DNA of 64,000 nt from the NCBI GenBank assembly GCA_947473305.1, contig CANJCB010000010.1, positions 25,967 to 89,966 on the forward strand, given 5' to 3'. Position numbers and translations under genes: made by a program. Below, piece by piece: positions 27,713-36,870 of the stretch. Numbering within the stretch: the stretch's first letter is position 1; each line of letters starts with the position of its first letter. The DNA comes from Rhodospirillales bacterium. Its GTDB lineage: Bacteria > Pseudomonadota > Alphaproteobacteria > ATCC43930 > CGMCC-115725. The notes beneath the pieces were generated by a model. The model was not told the DNA's origin and searched no databases. It saw nothing but the letters and a program-made list of their open reading frames with translations.

Positions 27713-29302
27713 TCATTTCATGAACCAGGCTTCGCCATATCGTCCGTCGCCCCGCGCGTCGCCCCACATGTTCTGGAGCTTCTTGGAGGCGGCATCGATC
27801 TGCGAGTAGTCGCGGATGATGAAGGCCGGAAGGTCGTCGGCGAGGATGGTTTGGGCCTCCCGATAGAACCTGGCGCGTTCATCCTGGGTGGTCGCCTTCT
27901 CGCCCAGGTCGAAAAGCTCGTCCACCTTCGGGTTCGAGTAGTTGGTGGGATTGCCATAGAGCTGGCCGATGCTGGAGGTCACATAGGCCCGCGAGATGCC
28001 CAGGGCGGGATCGGAGAAGGTCGTATAACCCACCATGGTAATGTCGAAATCGCGGTCGACGAAGACCCGTTTGGTCAGCGCGGCGCTTTCCAAGGCCTCG
28101 ATATTCACGTCCACGCCGACGTTCGACCACATGCTCTTGAGCGCGACGGCGGCCTGGGTCAATTCGATATATTCCGTCTGGAAAACGACCATCTTCACGG
28201 TGAAGCGCTTGCCATCCGAGCCCCGCTTCAAGCCGGCCGCGTCAAGCAAGGCGTTCGCCTTGGCGACGTCGAAGGGATAGGTCTTGCGATAGTCGACATC
28301 GGTGTTGAGGGGCCAGGTCACCCAGCTGTTGAAGGGCCGGAGCCCCTGTTCGCCGTGATTGAAAAAAACGTTCTTGATAAGGAAGTCGCGATCCGTCGCC
28401 ATCAGAAGCGCATGCCGGACGCGCTTGTCGTCGTAGGGCTTGTTCTTGATGTTATACATGAGGAAGTTCGATGCGGGCGGATACTCGCCCGGCTCGATCT
28501 TCAACTTCGGATCGGATTTGACCAGATCGATACTGGAGGCGGGGAAGGTCGAGACGAGATCGACTTCACCGGCCTGAAGCGCCTGCATGCGGGCGGCAGG
28601 CTGCGTGATCACCTTGGCGATGATCTCGTCGAGATAAGGCCGATCTTTCTCGTAATAGGTCGGATTGCGAACCAGCTTCAGATAATTGCCCCGTTTCCAT
28701 TCGGCGAGCTTGAACGGCCCGGTACCTACAGGGTCGGTAAGTGTGGTGGCGTTACGTACTGGGTCCGTGCCGCGATAGAGATGGGAGGGCAGGATGGCAC
28801 CGCCCTGTTCGCAGGCCATGGAAAGCATGAAGGGGCCGAATGGCTGCTTCAGCTTGATGATGACCTTGTCCTTGGCGGGTGTTTCGATGCTCTCCATGGC
28901 GCGGCCGCCGGCGGCAAAGACGGAGGAGTATTTGGCGCTGACTTCCTGCAGGGTGTATTTCACGTCTTCGGAGGTGAAGGGCTTGCCGTCCTGCCAATTC
29001 GCCTCGATGAGGTCGAAGCTATAGGTGAGACCGTCGGGCGAAATGCTCCAGGTCTTAGCAAGCCGGGGTTTCGCCTTGTAGCCGCCGCCGATGTCGACCA
29101 TTCCCTGGTAGATCATGCAGCTCATGAGCTTGTCCGGCACCCCATTGGTGACATTGGGATTGATCGTCGGCGGGTCCTGGCTCAGGACCATCACCAGAGT
29201 GCCGCCCCGCTGCGGGGTCAGCGTCTGAGCATGCGCGCTGCTCATTGATGCGGCAAATGCAAGTGAGGCGAGAACGCTTAGGCCAATGGCCACCTTCGTC
29301 AT
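27713..29302 (-). CDS. ABC-transporter periplasmic solute-binding protein, family 5, paralog 3
   Basis: 529 aa with a signal peptide (ASMSSAHAQT). Same conserved blocks as 4680 and 6348 (PQRGGT, MSCMIYQGM, ANWQDGKPFTSEDVKY, GTGPFKL). Confidence 0.9.
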   Translation of the reverse strand: MTKVAIGLSVLASLAFAASMSSAHAQTLTPQRGGTLVMVLSQDPPTINPNVTNGVPDKLMSCMIYQGMVDIGGGYKAKPRLAKTWSISPDGLTYSFDLIEANWQDGKPFTSEDVKYTLQEVSAKYSSVFAAGGRAMESIETPAKDKVIIKLKQPFGPFMLSMACEQGGAILPSHLYRGTDPVRNATTLTDPVGTGPFKLAEWKRGNYLKLVRNPTYYEKDRPYLDEIIAKVITQPAARMQALQAGEVDLVSTFPASSIDLVKSDPKLKIEPGEYPPASNFLMYNIKNKPYDDKRVRHALLMATDRDFLIKNVFFNHGEQGLRPFNSWVTWPLNTDVDYRKTYPFDVAKANALLDAAGLKRGSDGKRFTVKMVVFQTEYIELTQAAVALKSMWSNVGVDVNIEALESAALTKRVFVDRDFDITMVGYTTFSDPALGISRAYVTSSIGQLYGNPTNYSNPKVDELFDLGEKATTQDERARFYREAQTILADDLPAFIIRDYSQIDAASKKLQNMWGDARGDGRYGEAWFMK

Positions 29303-29436
29303 GTCGAGAACCCTCCGAGGGCGGGGGCCGGCGCTTGCTCTCTAACGGCAGCGATTAAGGTCCACCCACTTCCTGAAAATGAGGATATGAGTCGCTGCCT
29401 CCGGTGTCGAGCGACGGATTGTCGACGATCGGCTAT

Positions 29437-29457
29437 CCTGATCGGAAAGTGATCAGG
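29437..29457. promoter_or_regulatory. inverted repeat CCTGATC-N7-GATCAGG, candidate operator or 5' hairpin
   Basis: Perfect 7-bp arms read from the sequence, ~20 nt upstream of the aldo/keto reductase GTG start, just before the GGGAGGAGG SD. Confidence 0.25.
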
Positions 29458-29477
29458 TCTGTCGGGAGGAGGGGCTT

Positions 29478-30449
29478 GTGGACTACGTCAATCTGGGCAA
29501 GGCCGGGGTCAAGGTTTCACGCATCTGCTTCGGTTGCATGACCATCGGGACGACGAAGTGGCGCAACTGGGTCAAGGACGAGGAAGACGCGCGGGCCCTG
29601 ATCCGCCGCGCCCTCGATCTCGGGATCAATTACTTCGACACGGCCAATGCCTATTCGGATGGGGTGAGCGAAGAGGTCCTGGGCCGCGCGCTCCGCGATT
29701 TCGGGCCGGGCAGGGACCGCGTGATTGTGGCGACGAAGGTCTTCTTCGGGCTCGGCGACGATCCGAACCAGAAGGGGCTGTCGCGGAAGAACATATTCCA
29801 TTCGGTGGACGCCAGCCTGAAACGGCTCGGCATGGATTACGTCGATCTCCTGCAGATCCACCGCTTCGATCCCACCGTGCCGATCGAGGAAACCCTCGAT
29901 GCGCTCGACCACCTGATCCGCGTCGGCAAGGCCCGCTATATCGGCGCCAGCAGCATGTATGCCTGGCAGTTCCAGCGAATGCTGCATGCCTCGGACAGGC
30001 TGGGGCTCGCCCGCTTCGTGACCATGCAGAACCACTACAACCTCGTCTATCGCGAGGAAGAACGGGAGATGAATCCCCTCTGCCGCGCCGAGGGGATCGG
30101 CCTGATCCCCTGGTCGCCTTTGGCGCGCGGGCTTCTGGCGGACAATCGCCGGGTGGGAACGTTGCGGGCGAACAACGATCATCTCGCCAAGGCCTTCTAT
30201 ACCCGCGAGGCGGACGAGCGGGTCGTGGACCGGACGCTGGAAATTGCCAAGGCCCGGGGCGTGAAGCCGACCCAGGTGGCGCTCGCCTGGCTCCAGTCGA
30301 AGCCGGAAATGGTAGCTCCCATCCTGGGCGCCACCAGCCTCCATCATATCGATGAGGCTGTAGCGGCCCTCGACCTCAGGCTATCTCCCGAAGAGATCGC
30401 GGCGCTGGAAGCGCCCTACGAGCCCCATCCGATCATCGGCCATACCTGA
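29478..30449 (+). CDS. aldo/keto reductase
   Basis: 323 aa, GTG start with a strong SD. AKR blocks GINYFDTANAYS, and LQIHRFD. Confidence 0.85.
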   Translation: MDYVNLGKAGVKVSRICFGCMTIGTTKWRNWVKDEEDARALIRRALDLGINYFDTANAYSDGVSEEVLGRALRDFGPGRDRVIVATKVFFGLGDDPNQKGLSRKNIFHSVDASLKRLGMDYVDLLQIHRFDPTVPIEETLDALDHLIRVGKARYIGASSMYAWQFQRMLHASDRLGLARFVTMQNHYNLVYREEEREMNPLCRAEGIGLIPWSPLARGLLADNRRVGTLRANNDHLAKAFYTREADERVVDRTLEIAKARGVKPTQVALAWLQSKPEMVAPILGATSLHHIDEAVAALDLRLSPEEIAALEAPYEPHPIIGHT

Positions 30450-30452
30450 ACC

Positions 30453-31568
30453 TCAGACATCGAGCGTGGCGACCTCGCGCATGCCGGGGACATAGACGCC
30501 GCCCCGGCGCCCGGCCGTGTAGAAATCGTGGATCCAGTCCGACAGAGGCCGCGCCTCCGGCGTTACCAGCCAGAGCCGCAGCAGATGCCGCTTGCGCTCC
30601 GGCTCCGGAAAATCCTCCCAGGCGGTGCGGGTGTGGAGGGTGACGTGGTTGTTGATGAACTGCACGTCGCCCTTTTCGAGCTGCATCGGCAGATTGATCC
30701 CCGGCTCGTTCGCGACAGCGTTCATGAAGTCCATGGCCTCGCGCTGCTTGTCGGTGAGGCGCGGAGCTTCCGGGATGCGCTCGGCATTGCGGACGAAGCC
30801 CGGGAGGGAATGGGTGGTCAGGCGGCCTTCGACCCAATGGAAGACGGGCATCGGATAGTAAGGTTTGGTCCCCGCCGGGAGTTCCTCCATCCGGCTCGTC
30901 CACAAGGGCTGATAGAGGACTTCCAGGAGATCCGGCCGCCGCTTCATGATTTCGTTATGGATAGTGACCGAACTCGCGATCATGCTGAGCCCGCCCGACA
31001 TGGCGGGATGCAGGCAGAAAAGCCCGACGATATCGCAGAGATCGACGTGGAAATTGAGCTGGCTTCGGCTGTTGTAGACGTCGAGCGCCCGGCGTTCCCC
31101 TTGGTTCTCGGAACCTTGCTTCTTCAAGCTTTCGCCTTTGTCCAGCCCGACGACATGGCCCAAAAGATGCCCGCGGCCGTTCTGCGAGACGGGATAGCCG
31201 AAATAAAGCCCGATCCCCCAATAGAGGACGGCCAGATCGTCCCTCGAATAGTCGTCGACCGGCAGGCCGCGCAGGAGGATGAAGCCCCGCCCGTCCGTCA
31301 CCTCATGGCGTAGGGCGGTGAGCCTACCGCTCAGGGTGGGAAGCGGAAAATTGGCCCGGTCCACCTCGATAAGCGGGATGTTGGATTTACGGACATGGGA
31401 AACCGCCGCGCCGAGTTCGGCGAGTTCGGCCGCGTCGAAACGGTATTGCCAGACACTCGGATCCGGGAAATCGCCAGGGACCCAGGCAGCGGTATCGACG
31501 ACCGGTCCAGCGGGCATCGCGATATCCGGAGTGGTCGAATAGGGGGCTCTCTGAATCGCCTTCATCAC
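30453..31568 (-). CDS. TauD/TfdA-family Fe(II)/2-oxoglutarate dioxygenase (paralog 2)
   Basis: 371 aa. HVD facial-triad motif (NFHVDLCD), distal His (VTLHTRT), C-terminal RKRHLLRLWL. Confidence 0.8.
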   Translation of the reverse strand: MMKAIQRAPYSTTPDIAMPAGPVVDTAAWVPGDFPDPSVWQYRFDAAELAELGAAVSHVRKSNIPLIEVDRANFPLPTLSGRLTALRHEVTDGRGFILLRGLPVDDYSRDDLAVLYWGIGLYFGYPVSQNGRGHLLGHVVGLDKGESLKKQGSENQGERRALDVYNSRSQLNFHVDLCDIVGLFCLHPAMSGGLSMIASSVTIHNEIMKRRPDLLEVLYQPLWTSRMEELPAGTKPYYPMPVFHWVEGRLTTHSLPGFVRNAERIPEAPRLTDKQREAMDFMNAVANEPGINLPMQLEKGDVQFINNHVTLHTRTAWEDFPEPERKRHLLRLWLVTPEARPLSDWIHDFYTAGRRGGVYVPGMREVATLDV

Positions 31569-31628
31569 CTGTCTCCCTTGCCAGTAATTGAGCCGAGCTT
31601 AGCGGGAAACGGGTGAGATGGAAAAGCC

Positions 31629-32198
31629 CTAGGGATGCCCCTCGAGCCAGGCCATCACATCCTCGGCGTTCCGGTCCGGCGGGAAGACAGGGTAGAAAAC
31701 ATGCGTGACGACGCCGTCGTCGATAATCAAAGTGATGCGTTTCAAGAGGGTCATGCCGCTCACCGTGAAGAGAGGCAGGCGGATGGCCTTGGCGAGCGCG
31801 AGGGTTTCGTCGGAGAGGATGGGGAAAGGGAGGTGCAGGCGTTCCGCCGCCTCCTTCTGATAGGCTGGCTCCTGCGTCGAGAGCCCGTAGAGCTGGGCGA
31901 CGCCCAAACGCTTCAACTCGGCGAAATGATCGCGAAATGAGCAGGACTGGGGCGTGCAGCCGCGCGCACCGGGAATAAGATCCCAACCCTCCGGGTTCGA
32001 TACGCCGGGCTGGCCGGTCCGGGGATAGGCATAGACGACCGTGCGCCCCTGGAGGGCGGCAAGATTGACCTCGCTGCCCACCGTGGCGCATAGCTTGAGT
32101 GAGGGCAGGCGCATGCCCTGGAGATGCCGCGCCGCGCCATCGTCCTCGGGCGCCGGAATGCTCGACCAATCCGGCGTCCCGATGGTGTTGCCGCTCAT
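31629..32198 (-). CDS. peroxiredoxin (Bcp/PrxQ-like, AhpC/TSA family)
   Basis: 189 aa. GCTPQSC motif matches the Bcp GCTxQxC active site. 4-nt overlap with the upstream amidohydrolase gene. Confidence 0.75.
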   Translation of the reverse strand: MSGNTIGTPDWSSIPAPEDDGAARHLQGMRLPSLKLCATVGSEVNLAALQGRTVVYAYPRTGQPGVSNPEGWDLIPGARGCTPQSCSFRDHFAELKRLGVAQLYGLSTQEPAYQKEAAERLHLPFPILSDETLALAKAIRLPLFTVSGMTLLKRITLIIDDGVVTHVFYPVFPPDRNAEDVMAWLEGHP

Positions 32199-33565
32199 TG
32201 AGCGGCGGCGCGCTGCCGTTGTGGCGTGAGGCCCAGGTCCGCGACGCGGTTCTGGGTATAGAGATCAGCCCAATTGGTCATGGCGAGGTCGGTGACCTTA
32301 TAGGGATCGTAGGCCCGGGACGGGATGTTGATCGCCTTGCCGTCGATATGGACGGCCTTGATGCGGCTCTTGTCCTGGAGGATGCCGACATCGGCCAGCG
32401 GCGAGCCCTCGACCGCGATGAAGTCGGCGGCGCGTCCCTTGACCAGGGTCCCGATCTTGTCCTCGTCGACGAGGAATTTCGACGAGGTCTCGGTCGCGGC
32501 GCGCAGGGCCTGGGCCGGGGTGTAACCCAATTCTTCCACGAAAATTTCGATCTCGCGGGCGTGCCATTCGCCATAGGGCGTGACGGCGAAACCTGAATCG
32601 GTGCCGGTCATCATGGTGACGCCGGCCTTCCGCGCGCGGCTCAGGTTCTCGCAGGCGATGTCGTATTCCCGCTTCACGTCGTCGATCCGGCCCTTGCGGT
32701 AGGCAGGATCGTTCGGCTGGGTGAAGTCGATGATGTTGCGGGGGAAGGTGAGGGTGGGGCCGATGGCGCTGCCCGTCTTGAGCATTGCCTCGATGCATTC
32801 GTCGTCAAGATAATAAGCGTGGAAGATGAGGTCCGCGCCCGCCTTAGCGGAATAAAGCGTCGCCTCGCGACCCCGGGCATGGATGACCGACTTCTTGCCC
32901 TGGCGCCGGATCTCCTCGACCATGACAGTGGTCTCTTCCTGATTGAAGGCGGCCACGAATTCGCCGTTCGGCCGGCGCTGAATGCCATCCATCGCGATCT
33001 TCACGCAGTCGACGCCGTTCTTGGCCTGGAAGCGGATTTCCTCCACCGCCTCGTCCTTGTTCTGGACGAGCTTGCCGATCGAGGTCTCCGGCACGCCGAT
33101 CCAGGTGGGATACCAGTCGGTGAGGCCCTGGCGGCTGGTAAGATAGCGGCCGGCGGCGCTGACGCGGGGACCGTCGAAGAGATTGGCCCGGACGGCATTG
33201 CGGACGGACAGGCTGATCTGCCCGGCATCGCCCGGCGCGCAGATCGCGGTATAGCCGGCGGCGATCACCTGCTGGGCGAAGAACATCCCGCGCAGGGTCC
33301 GGAACTCCAGCGGCTGATAGAGATCGATATCCTCCTCGCTCTTGGCGTTGCCGTAGGCGAGGTGGGTATGGACGTCCACGAGACCCGGCATGACGAAGAG
33401 ATGCGAGTAATCGACGAGCTCTTCGCCCGGGTTGCGCTTGGGCGCGCCGGCGGTCGGACCCGCATAGAGAAGCTTGCCGTCATCGGACACCACGAGGGTG
33501 CCATCGGTTAGGGCCTGATCCTCGGCGGCCGTGAAAAGGGTGCCGCACAGCGCATGCTTCGTCAT
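32195..33565 (-). CDS. metal-dependent amidohydrolase family protein
   Basis: 456 aa. GLVDVHTHL (HxH metal motif) and later H/D blocks typical of the amidohydrolase superfamily. Confidence 0.8.
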   Translation of the reverse strand: MTKHALCGTLFTAAEDQALTDGTLVVSDDGKLLYAGPTAGAPKRNPGEELVDYSHLFVMPGLVDVHTHLAYGNAKSEEDIDLYQPLEFRTLRGMFFAQQVIAAGYTAICAPGDAGQISLSVRNAVRANLFDGPRVSAAGRYLTSRQGLTDWYPTWIGVPETSIGKLVQNKDEAVEEIRFQAKNGVDCVKIAMDGIQRRPNGEFVAAFNQEETTVMVEEIRRQGKKSVIHARGREATLYSAKAGADLIFHAYYLDDECIEAMLKTGSAIGPTLTFPRNIIDFTQPNDPAYRKGRIDDVKREYDIACENLSRARKAGVTMMTGTDSGFAVTPYGEWHAREIEIFVEELGYTPAQALRAATETSSKFLVDEDKIGTLVKGRAADFIAVEGSPLADVGILQDKSRIKAVHIDGKAINIPSRAYDPYKVTDLAMTNWADLYTQNRVADLGLTPQRQRAAAQ

Positions 33566-33793
33566 CCTTGAACTCCCTTGCGGCCGCGTGGCCAGTTTCG
33601 ATTCTGGATACAGTTTACCATATGCGCTTGCGCGATGTGCTGAAAAAACGAGCGTTTCTTTGTGAAGATCTCAGGGTGGGAACCCTTGCGACCCTCGCAG
33701 GCCGGGTCTATACCGGAACTGCACCTTTCATGAATTTAAACGCGTCCGCTGCCGCGGCATAGAGCCCCGTGACAGGATGCCGTTCGGAGCTAG

Positions 33794-35242
33794 ATGAAGA
33801 CCGTCGGATTGTCCGCTGCGACCTCGTCGATCGTCCCCTTTATCATCGGGTCGGCGAGCTTCATGCAGCAACTCGATTCGACCGTGATCGCGACCGCTCT
33901 CCCATCGATTGCGGAATCGATGAACGACGATCCGATCCGCCTCAACCTCGCGATCACATCTTACCTGCTGGCGGTCGCAATCTTCATTCCGATCAGCGGC
34001 TGGATGGCGGATAAATTCGGGGCGCGGCTCATATTCCACAGCGCCATCCTGATTTTCACGCTGAGTTCCGTGCTTTGCGGACTTTCCGAATCGCTGCCCA
34101 TGTTGGTGGCGGCCCGGATGCTTCAAGGGGTCGGTGGGGCGATGATGGTGCCGGTGGGACGCCTCGTCATCCTGAAGACCGTGCCGAAGGCGGACCTTGT
34201 CCGGGCGATGACCTATCTGACGGTTCCAGCCGTGATCGGCCCCATCCTGGGCCCGCCGGTCGGGGGTTTCATCGTCACCTACAGTTCCTGGCGCTGGATC
34301 TTCTTCATCAATGTGCCGATCGGAATCCTCGGGATCGTCCTGGTCAGCCTGCTGATGCGGGAAGTGAAGGAAGACGATGTGCCGCCCCTTGATTTCTGGG
34401 GCTTTGCGCTCGCGGGCATCGGGCTTGCGAGCGTTGTCTTCGGGCTGGAGACCCTCGGCAAGGGCGTCATTCCCAACGAGGCGATCGCCGCGATGATCCT
34501 CGGCGGTGCGGGGCTTATGGCGCTCTATTTCCGGCATGTCCGCGATATCGACCGTCCCATCGTCGATTTGCAGGTCTTTAGGTTTCCGACCTTTTATGCG
34601 TCCGTGGTGGGCGGAATTCTCAGCCGCATCGGGATGGGGGCGCTGCCCTTTCTTCTCGCGATGCTGCTGCAATTGGGTTTCGGGCTTGACGCGTTCACGG
34701 CGGGTCTTATCACCTTTGCGAGCGCGGCGGGCTCGCTGACCATGAAATTCACCGTGCGGCCGATCATCAGAAAGTTCGGTTTCAGGCGGGTCCTGATCTG
34801 GAACGTGGTCATCGTCTCAGGCTTTTTCGCAAGCTATGCGGCCTTCAGGGACACTACCCCGCATGGGCTTATCATCCTGGGGCTTCTGTTGGGCGGGTTC
34901 TTCCGCTCCCTCCAATTCACGAGCCTCAATACCTTGATGTATGCCGACGTGCCTCAACCGCTCATGAGCCGCGCCAGCACCGTCGCGAGCATGATCCAGC
35001 AGCTGACGCAAAGCATCGGCATCGGGCTCGCCGGGCTGCTGCTTCACTTCAGCATCTATCTGCGTGGCGGAACTTCGATAGAGCAGGGGGACGTTTCGCC
35101 GGTCTTTCTGGTCATCGCCGCCATCTCCCTGCTATCGCTCTTCTTTTTCTTACCGCTGTCGCCGAATGCGGGCGCCGAGGTCAGTGGCAGGCGGATACAA
35201 CCCCTCCAGCCGAAAGAGCAAAACGGGACGGGCGGCGCATGA
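33794..35242 (+). CDS. MFS transporter, DHA2 (EmrB/QacA-like, 14-TMS type)
   Basis: 482 aa, polytopic. MFS motif A-like GWMADKFGARL and motif C-like region. Confidence 0.85.
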   Translation: MKTVGLSAATSSIVPFIIGSASFMQQLDSTVIATALPSIAESMNDDPIRLNLAITSYLLAVAIFIPISGWMADKFGARLIFHSAILIFTLSSVLCGLSESLPMLVAARMLQGVGGAMMVPVGRLVILKTVPKADLVRAMTYLTVPAVIGPILGPPVGGFIVTYSSWRWIFFINVPIGILGIVLVSLLMREVKEDDVPPLDFWGFALAGIGLASVVFGLETLGKGVIPNEAIAAMILGGAGLMALYFRHVRDIDRPIVDLQVFRFPTFYASVVGGILSRIGMGALPFLLAMLLQLGFGLDAFTAGLITFASAAGSLTMKFTVRPIIRKFGFRRVLIWNVVIVSGFFASYAAFRDTTPHGLIILGLLLGGFFRSLQFTSLNTLMYADVPQPLMSRASTVASMIQQLTQSIGIGLAGLLLHFSIYLRGGTSIEQGDVSPVFLVIAAISLLSLFFFLPLSPNAGAEVSGRRIQPLQPKEQNGTGGA

Positions 35243-36807
35243 CGGAAGCGGCCTCCCAACCGGCGGTCTCCTTCACCCATCGGGAGATCATGGTGATCCT
35301 CGCCGGGCTGATGCTCGGCATGTTCCTGGCGGCGCTCGACCAGACGATCCTGGGCGCGGCCTTGCCCCGGATCGGATCGGACCTGGGCGGTGCGCAGGAA
35401 ATTTCCTGGGTCATTTCCGCCTATTTGCTATCCTCGACGGCGGTAACGCCGATCTACGGCAAGCTCAGCGATCTCTACGGCCGGCGGCTGATGCTGCAAT
35501 CGGCGATCCTGATTTTCATCACGGCCTCGCTGCTTTGCGGCCTTGCGACCTCAATGCAGATGCTCATCGGCTTCCGGGCGCTCCAAGGCCTCGGCGGCGG
35601 CGGTTTGATGGTGCTCGCCCAGGCGACGCTGGCCGATGTGGTCTCGCCCCGCAATCGCGGAAAATACCAGGGCTATTTCGCGGCCATGTGGCTGATCGCC
35701 AGCATGATCGGACCAACCCTCGGCGGCTTCTTCGCCGATTATCTGACCTGGCGATGGGCGTTCTGGATCAACATACCCCTGGGCCTGATCGCCCTGTTCG
35801 TGGCGCAAAGCAGCCTCAGGGCTCTGGTGGTGAAGCGGATCCGCCATCGGATCGACTATCTGGGCGGATTGCTGATCGTCGGCGCGGTCACTTGCCTTCT
35901 GCTGGTTACCACCCTGGGCGGGGCGGATATGCCCTGGAGTTCGCCCCTGATCCTGGGACTCATCGGGGCGGCCCTCGTGCTGCTTGCGCTCGCGGTCATC
36001 CAGGAACACCGCGCCGCCGAACCTATCCTTCCGCCGAGGCTCTTTCGGAACAGGGCTTTCGTGATCGCCAATTCGACCTGCGTCTTCTACTCGATGGCGA
36101 TCGTCGGTTCGGTTGTCTTCATGCCGAGCTTTCTCCAGATGGCTTATCAGTTGGACGCGAGCCAGTCCGGCATGGTCATGATCCCCTTTCTGATCGCCAC
36201 GCCTCTCGCGGTCATCGTCGGTGGGCGCATCGTCGCCTATACGGGGCGCTACAAGATCCTGCCGATCGTAGGGCTCTCGGTCATGATGGTGGGTATGGGC
36301 GCCATGTGTTTCGTGAGTGCGGCGACACCGCTTGTCCTGTCGATGGCGATCATGACGGTCTTCGGCTTGGGAGTGGGTTTCCTCGGGCCGATCCTGATCG
36401 TCAGCATGCAGAATTCCATCGATTGGCGAGACATGGGATCGGGGACCGCGGCCTTCAATTTCTTCCGCAACATGGGCGGCTCCTTCGGCGTGACGCTTTT
36501 CGGTGCGGTGCTGCTGGCGCGGCTTGAAGGCCTCGTTTCGCGATTGCCGGTGCCCCCGTTGCCGGGCGATGCGGAGCCGGGTGTCACCCTATTGCATCTG
36601 GGCGGCAAGGCGTTGTCCTCGATGCCCGATGCCGCCCGGGATGGCGTCGCCCGGGCGATAGAGGGAGCCTTCAACGACATGTTCCTCTGCGGCCTGATTG
36701 TCTCTGCCATTGGCCTTCTGATCGTCCTTTTCATGAAGGAAGAGCCGCTGAAGACCGTGACGGCCGCTGCGGAACGGGCCGAGGCGCAGCAGCATTCGGT
36801 CGATTGA
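35239..36807 (+). CDS. MFS transporter, DHA2 (EmrB/QacA-like)
   Basis: 522 aa, polytopic. GKLSDLYGRR motif A. Start overlaps the upstream MFS stop by 4 nt. Confidence 0.85.
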   Translation: MTEAASQPAVSFTHREIMVILAGLMLGMFLAALDQTILGAALPRIGSDLGGAQEISWVISAYLLSSTAVTPIYGKLSDLYGRRLMLQSAILIFITASLLCGLATSMQMLIGFRALQGLGGGGLMVLAQATLADVVSPRNRGKYQGYFAAMWLIASMIGPTLGGFFADYLTWRWAFWINIPLGLIALFVAQSSLRALVVKRIRHRIDYLGGLLIVGAVTCLLLVTTLGGADMPWSSPLILGLIGAALVLLALAVIQEHRAAEPILPPRLFRNRAFVIANSTCVFYSMAIVGSVVFMPSFLQMAYQLDASQSGMVMIPFLIATPLAVIVGGRIVAYTGRYKILPIVGLSVMMVGMGAMCFVSAATPLVLSMAIMTVFGLGVGFLGPILIVSMQNSIDWRDMGSGTAAFNFFRNMGGSFGVTLFGAVLLARLEGLVSRLPVPPLPGDAEPGVTLLHLGGKALSSMPDAARDGVARAIEGAFNDMFLCGLIVSAIGLLIVLFMKEEPLKTVTAAAERAEAQQHSVD

Positions 36808-36870
36808 GGGCCAAGAACCTTGCCTCTCGCGGCGAGGCGGCCCAGATTTCTCTCGAAGAGGAGAGGTGCC

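Noticed and set aside
33568-33762. 64-aa ORF in the amidohydrolase/MFS divergent spacer
   Set aside because: It has no SD and no recognisable motif. It lies where the promoters of the two divergent units are expected.
33728-36527. Long alternative-frame or antisense ORFs over the two MFS genes (33728..34672 minus, 35166..36527 plus)
   Set aside because: Their translations are highly charged or Pro/Arg/Gly-rich. They conflict with the hydrophobic, clearly polytopic MFS frames.
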